A DNA stretch of 64,000 nt. Origin: Amphiscolops sp. MND2022 (Eukaryota). The stretch spans positions 98,458,001 through 98,522,000 of the forward strand of contig OZ076409.1 in NCBI GenBank assembly GCA_964187785.1. The letters run 5' to 3'. Positions 61,801 through 64,000 of the stretch are shown here, piece after piece. The notes beneath the pieces were generated by a model that saw nothing but the letters and a program-made list of their open reading frames with translations, searched no databases and was not told the origin of the DNA. The position numbers were made by a program, and so were the translations under genes. Numbering within the stretch: the first letter of the stretch is position 1; the number at the start of each line of letters is the position of its first letter.

Positions 61801-62297
61801 GTTAAAAAATCCCCCTCTTAGCGCGCCGGGGGCCCAATTTTCGTACTGTAAAAGAATACTTGACGCTTTCAGGTACTGCAAATGAATACTTGACACTTTG
61901 ACGTCTTTTGCTATTTTTGAGCCTTAAGTGCGGCGCCGGCTTATGCCGTTCCCGGCTTGTTATCACTTATGTTGTACACACTGCCTCTTGAAATAGAAAT
62001 GCATTTTTTATGCTATTCTAAGTAGAAAATAGTGTTTCTTAACTTTTTTGAACCTTTGAGCGCCGACTTTAGACGACGTTCCCGGCTTGTTCATGGTTCA
62101 CCTAGAGTGTATGTGTGTTGTGTGGTTTAGGTGACAGTATCGTGGAGCTGGCGTACCACAATGGCTTCCGCAAACACATGTACAGGTTCTACAAGGCCAA
62201 CGAGCGCCGCGTGCTCAACGACGGCATGTGGCACTACATTCACGTGGTATACACCATCAAAGACATTCGCGTCCGCATCGACAACCTCTTCTGGGCC
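16859..62297 (+). CDS. Nrx-IV/CNTNAP-like: Neurexin IV / contactin-associated protein (CASPR/CNTNAP)-like cell adhesion protein, 5' 17 exons; continues beyond the window
   Basis: Exons 16859-16904 (signal peptide MHVLVLLLLWRFSFG), 17119-17313, 17689-17912, 18965-19106 (F5/8: WLAIDL, RYIRIVP, LRVELYGC), 20119-20306, 21892-22015, 23542-23772 (LamG1), 24817-25128, 33521-33679, 42388-42686 (LamG2 + EGF CMPNPCFHGGIC), 47855-48026, 49509-49562, 50121-50229, 52675-52917, 56162-56334 (fibrinogen-like: IDVDGSGP, CNCD), 58366-58629, 62131-62297 (LamG3). All phases match and the domain order is that of the CASPR/NrxIV family. Confidence 0.93.
18148..18658 (+). mobile_element. Helentron-like non-autonomous element (HINE/DINE-1-like), family A
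   Basis: Starts TTTTTAGTCGGCGC with a 5' hairpin and ends GCGCCGACTT..CGTTCCCGGCTTGTT; subterminal inverted repeat, T-rich ends, no TSD. Confidence 0.7.
19711..20090 (-). mobile_element. Helentron-like family A copy
   Basis: AACAAGCCGAGAACGG..GTCGGCGCCATATCTAAGGCTC ... GCGCCGACTAAAAA. Confidence 0.7.
25633..25929 (+). mobile_element. Helentron-like family B, short copy with about one internal unit
   Basis: TTTTTAGGAGTC ... CCGACTCCTTTACCGGACATGCGGCTC; homologous to 34172-35046. Confidence 0.65.
26042..26369. mobile_element. Tc1/mariner-type MITE
   Basis: 21-bp TIR CTAGGTGAACCAAAAAACGGA / TCCGTTTTTTGGTTCACCTAG, flanked by TA on both sides. Confidence 0.85.
27993..28457. mobile_element. TIR MITE (superfamily uncertain)
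   Basis: AAGGCACCATGTGTCTTAT.CCCC / GGGGAAATAAGACACATGGTCCCTT; a related internal fragment is inverted at ~57700-57900. Confidence 0.7.
29957..30966 (+). mobile_element. Helentron-like family A, tandem dimer with a duplicated 5' hairpin
   Basis: A 53-bp 5' hairpin unit is repeated at ~29957 and ~30010; the body is repeated at ~30080-30510 and ~30520-30966, each ending CGTTCCCGTCTTGTT. Confidence 0.75.
31870..32192 (+). mobile_element. Helentron-like family A copy (internally deleted)
   Basis: TTTAGTCGGCGC ... GCGCCGACTTTAGACGTTCCCGTCTT. Confidence 0.7.
32782..33396. mobile_element. pogo/Tc1-type MITE containing a nested Helentron-like family A copy (32909-33357)
   Basis: TA|CACTCAACTCCCTTTATAACGATT ... 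AATCGTTATAAGCGGAGTTGAGTG|TA. Confidence 0.8.
34172..35046 (+). mobile_element. Helentron-like family B with an internal 172-bp tandem array (~4 units)
   Basis: SubTIR AGGAGTCGG / CCGACTCCT, 3' hairpin CCGCATATGCGG, T-rich ends; AAACTGT(C/T)C at 34275, 34447, 34619, 34791, 34962. Confidence 0.8.
35150..35320 (+). repeat. Repeat with a tRNA-derived (Pol III A/B box) segment; uninterrupted counterpart of the LINE insertion site
   Basis: TGGTCTAGCGG (A box) and GCTCGAACCC (B box-like); homologous to 37385-37448 joined to 41593-41697. Confidence 0.7.
36537..36965 (-). mobile_element. Helentron-like family A copy
   Basis: AACAAACCGGGAACGG..GTCGGCGCC ... GCGCCGACTAAAAA. Confidence 0.7.
37566..38366 (+). 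CDS. LINE ORF1 (coiled coil + RRM-like region)
   Basis: RITDLEGRVTELEKYS heptads; CIIFNNLP, ACHVLG, SVIVKF, IYMNERL. Confidence 0.85.
   Translation: MAELNIETALNSIENTNLKSVILHLLDNLAKKDEKIIHLSNRITDLEGRVTELEKYSSKDCIIFNNLPIQKSSIPLQQQVCQFLKDYLNFNTSPESFKACHVLGPWNNDRFPPSVIVKFVYFAEKNEIYGRKSWLANKQNHLNGKTIYMNERLPPNQLAIKKYADEKGLVTTSLNCNIKVFTKNGDKFQPVIVNSLRAVDDIQPTAVRRATNKQTQPKPSYGGTPKPDSQLAQNGKRMRSSPGENNNVIKTARIRDDEQGNVAEAN
38467..41379 (+). CDS. LINE ORF2, APE endonuclease + reverse transcriptase (first ATG at 38521)
   Basis: LNIQSL, ALTETWL, FGDFNID, CLDHI, SDH; NYRPISLL, DLQKAFD, GVPQGSILGP, FADD, KYLG; 970 open codons. Confidence 0.95.
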   Translation: MTANGNKYHHNKQSILLQMLESLTSNATRPTLNQPPVASNAKSIIMLGLNIQSLRCHRDELLVELDSFNSKPSVIALTETWLTENDNTSTLNLDGYQPIESKVRTTGQLRGGVCFYVKEGLTYKPIEYETGIECAIINVCIDIETFRNFCVVYRPDSKKLKTFMPEFEDLLNFLRTLKHDTVIFGDFNIDTIKESKFKTVYENVLRAYDFERQNSEPTRVTPTTATCLDHIITSYPINTMTISTTISDHFTVIGEIPVSSIAEQQKPNVLTRNLKNLKGDKALNFLFLLDQKLQKLLTSNELNMESIAKTIMLCVDRFAPEKQYNPKCNSNEWINNRVKNAIIKRNKLFKLWISDNNTHNREQYNMQRNIVTKLIKQAKREANFQKLGENPSSKILYRTLKCHTRTGEENSIVPDPDILNKFFTNVGQFLAANVPPTKRTFRTERSAKSMVICGTDDLEVAKIIKLMKNKKSSGHDGISNEILKCCSPIIEKYLAIAFNDCICQRKFPDTLKLAKVIPLYKKGDRKNPENYRPISLLSSLSKVFEKLLHKRMINFVNKNKLLSPEQFGFRSKHSCVHAISTLTEYMRNEIDRKRTGQACFIDLQKAFDSLNHEILLEKLFNYGFRGPILEILVDYLRNRCQYVSSHCKKSCKLPITTGVPQGSILGPLLFLIYVNDLPAFCKNENKIAMFADDTSILKSSERNNLNLQDDLDRVIDWFSFNKLSVNTSKCESMHFGCGISKHLTILNENVGMKTHCKYLGLYIDSKLTFREHIKYVSKKLNKFCGLMYRIRDLYPIKCLLTFYESYAKSVITYGLLVYGSACKSNLEEIEMAQRRIIRAIFFRKKYDSIKDIFERKQILTVFELYVNEIFREVFYQLRSESPVIFLNKGFVNKYDTRSARKGHLQTSYCRTVTKSKSIQNVLTKGHNWLKTFNLIPENLTKMTSKQAASYLRVLRDLYIAGDSNIVSIFF
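43496..43570 (+). repeat. tRNA-derived SINE-like head
   Basis: TAGCCCAGTTGGTAG A box and TTCGAAACCC B box-like; a related copy is on the minus strand at ~47540-47605. Confidence 0.55.
44013..44601. mobile_element. piggyBac-type non-autonomous element nested in a Helentron-like copy
   Basis: TTAA|CCCCAATCGACCTGG ... CTAGGTTCATTGGGG|TTAA; the empty site GTGCATTAATTGAATTAATGCAC is present at ~46575. Confidence 0.88.
45113..46550 (+). mobile_element. Tc1 (DD34E) DNA transposon; right terminus present, left terminus not found
   Basis: Right end TTGTTACAATTTCGTTAGGCACTG|TA; internal inverted pair TATTGTTACAATTTCGTGTG (~45113) / CACACGAAATTGTAACAATA (46341). Confidence 0.85.
45241..46260 (+). CDS. 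Tc1-family transposase, 339 aa, intact ORF
   Basis: GRPSK, WSDETK, FQQDNDPKH, SPDLNPIE (34 residues between the second D and E), C-terminal GGYTKY. Confidence 0.96.
   Translation: MKVIPISTKTQIFEYVAEGLSTRQIAKKVPSVSHMTVTRLRSEHFNGLAKPKAGRPSKLTPYDKRKLVRDMSSGRIQTAVDAAKELSNTMETQLHPEAIRRVLRKSGLKAIKKKKKPFLSRKHRQQRLEFARKYSNWTPEDFKRVIWSDETKINRFGSDGLQWVWKKPKAPLLDCHVQGTFKHGGGSLMLWGCMTSLGIGQACKIEGNMDSQLYCEILSDNLMGTIRHYGWGRDDIVFQQDNDPKHTSKLAKDWFEENGITVMDWPPQSPDLNPIEHLWHTLKYQLRMYSKPPESVAELWERVQDEWNKIPVETVQNLIDSMPKRINAVLKARGGYTKY
47058..47348. mobile_element. piggyBac-type MITE
   Basis: TTAA|CCCTAAATGGACG ... CGTCAATTAGGG|TTAA; the interior is related (reverse complement) to 44013-44601. Confidence 0.8.
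48056..48524 (+). mobile_element. Helentron-like family A copy
   Basis: TTTTAGTTGGCGC ... GCGCCGCCTTTAGACGTTCTCGTCTTGTT. Confidence 0.7.
53411..53760 (-). mobile_element. Partial copy of the piggyBac-type element
   Basis: TTAA|CCCTAAAC start; reverse-complement similarity to ~44250-44600. Confidence 0.65.
53985..55487 (+). mobile_element. Two Helentron-like family A copies (53985-54492, 55002-55487)
   Basis: Each starts TAGTCG(G/A)CGCTTTTC and ends GCGCCGACTT..CTTGTT. Confidence 0.7.
58700..59158 (-). mobile_element. Helentron-like family A copy
   Basis: AACAAGACGAGAACGTCTAAAGTTGGCGCTATATCTAAGG ... GCGCCGACTAAAAA. Confidence 0.7.
59782..60400. repeat. ~310-bp tandem duplication containing a minus-strand tRNA-like segment, inside a Helentron-like copy (59472-60415)
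   Basis: TTGCACATGACGAAGTC at 59782 and 60092, near-identical; GATTCGAAC and CCACTGTGCCA are the reverse complements of B and A boxes. Confidence 0.9.
60515..61020 (+). mobile_element. Partial copy of the piggyBac-type element
   Basis: CTCCACAACTACGCGTACCA ... ACTAGGTT is colinear with 44081-44592. Confidence 0.75.
61403..61961 (+). mobile_element. Helentron-like family A copy
   Basis: AATCGGCGCTTCATGAAG ... GCGCCGGCTTATGCCGTTCCCGGCTTGTT. Confidence 0.65.
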
Positions 62298-62429
62298 GTG
62301 AGTAGTTCACTTGACCTCTTTCGGTCGTCCAGTTCCGTCTTGCTCCTATTAGACGGTGGGGTGCCACTTGGCCAAAAAACAAAAAGGTTTCACTGAGCCG
62401 AAAATACTTAACATACCACACTTATATAA

Positions 62430-62616
62430 TAGGGACCACACTTTGGAGAAATCGCTTGGGACCACACTTAGTCAGGAGTACCACGTTATCAATATTTTCG
62501 ATGTTCCATATACGTTTGCTTGCAAATAGGAAGACTAGTTGTTTGGTACTATTGACTAAGTGTGGTCTCGACAAAATTTATGCAGTCGGCCTGAAAACTC
62601 CTAAGTGTGGTCCCTA
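62430..62616. mobile_element. Short TIR element
   Basis: TAGGGACCACACTT / AAGTGTGGTCCCTA with internal ACCACACTT repeats; no TSD seen. Confidence 0.6.
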
Positions 62617-64000
62617 GAAGAGGTTAGCATATTTGTTGTATGGCTCGGTCGCTTCGCTCCCTTCGCCAAGTAGCAACATTGAGGCATGGCCATATGGCAC
62701 GTCCCTCCGCTTCAGCATTTGGGGCACTAGGAGTATGTGAACATAGCTGACTAGGGGAAATTGAAAATTTCATTTTTTTCATCTTTGAACGGACTTCGTT
62801 CCGGTTCGACCCCGTCGGCCAATCAGACTGCAGAGAATTATACAGTGCTAAGTATTTTTCGGCTGAGTGAAACCTTTGTTTTTTCGGCCAAGTGGGAAGC
62901 CCCCTTTTAGACATGCTACACATTTCGCTTCTCATGTGGCTTAGTGAATGGCTGTAATTCATAGATTGTGGGTAAAACACTTGCTTGAATTTTCATGTTT
63001 CCTGGAATTTTCCATACTATTGAATGTGGGGTGGGGTTGTTTAAAGGCCAAAATTGATCGATCCATGCAAATTTCAAGCAGAGTTGAAATTTCAACCTAC
63101 TCAGTGAATGATGGCTGTCTAATACATATTTTTAGTGTGCGCTGAACAAATGGAAACTGGAGCCTATAACGGCGACTATAGCAGTGGCTTTTTTCTGATC
63201 CACACGAACTGACCAAAATAGTTCTGCAAGTTCTACAAAATTTTAAGGCGTCAAATTGTACCATTTGGTCCAGGGGACTGAACTATAACAATTGTTCCTT
63301 TTTTTTCAGCGTAACATACAAGCGCCGATTTATGCCGTTCCCGGCTTGTTAATTTCAAACAAAAGATCCACATCGGTATGAAAAACCAATGATAAGAGAA
63401 TACTCTTGTTTTCGTGTGGACAGGGGTTTAAACAACCTTGACAAACAACGTTGAGTGAAAATATGGATAATTTGGCGAGATGAGAACATTTTTGTTCATG
63501 TCATGTCGCATGTACAGACAAAAGCGCCCCAATACAACGCGCCTTGCTAATTTTGAGCTGAAGGTGTTTATAAAAAATAATGATAATTCATTGGTAATGC
63601 CTTGTTTAACATTTTCACACCTAACAAGTTCCAATTGAAAACAACCAAAATCGTTAATTTTGGCATTTCTACATAAAAATATTAATTTCTTGAAGAATCA
63701 AGTAGTCAATACACTTGTTTTAAAATGAAAATCTCAATTATTTAATTGAATTGAAATGGAGTGAGAAACCTAAAGTTGGTGGCTTAAAAGAGTCAGCAAA
63801 TTCCATGTAGTGTTTGATTGGGGCGCTTTTGACTGTGTATTTTGTGCGCTTTTGTCTGGGAACTCAGGACAATTAATTATTCTTTTCGTTGGCAGGTGTT
63901 CCCAGCTTTTTAAAAAACTGCGCAAACAACATTGAGTAAAAACATGAAACGTGTTGATCACCAATTTGTCCATGTTTTTACTCAACGTTGTTTGCGCATT

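Overview
AT-rich, repeat-dense animal (invertebrate-like) nuclear DNA with spliceosomal introns; the species cannot be determined from the sequence. Three protein-coding genes can be spliced by hand with consistent intron phases. (1) A 12-exon minus-strand gene (474-6257, ~874 aa): N-terminal C2H2-type zinc finger, basic/Pro-rich linker partly built from duplicated 54-nt microexons, and a KDM2/KDM7-type JmjC domain. (2) A 3-exon plus-strand gene (8125-10842, ~736 aa) ending in a PR-Set7/SETD8-type SET domain. (3) The 5' part (17 exons, 16859 to beyond 62297) of a Neurexin IV/CASPR-like gene (signal peptide, F5/8, LamG, LamG, EGF, fibrinogen-like, LamG). Genes 1 and 2 lie head-to-head across a 37-38 bp satellite array, and a second array of the same satellite lies beyond the JmjC gene. 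This compact histone writer/eraser cassette is the most interesting object in the window; whether it is mobile or co-regulated is untested. The rest is transposon-derived: a decayed PHD-ORF1 CR1/L2-group LINE, an apparently intact CR1/L2-group LINE, a Copia 3' fragment, a DD34E Tc1 transposase, many Helentron-like non-autonomous elements, piggyBac- and Tc1-type MITEs and tRNA-derived repeats. All family assignments come from motif recognition by eye, without database searches.
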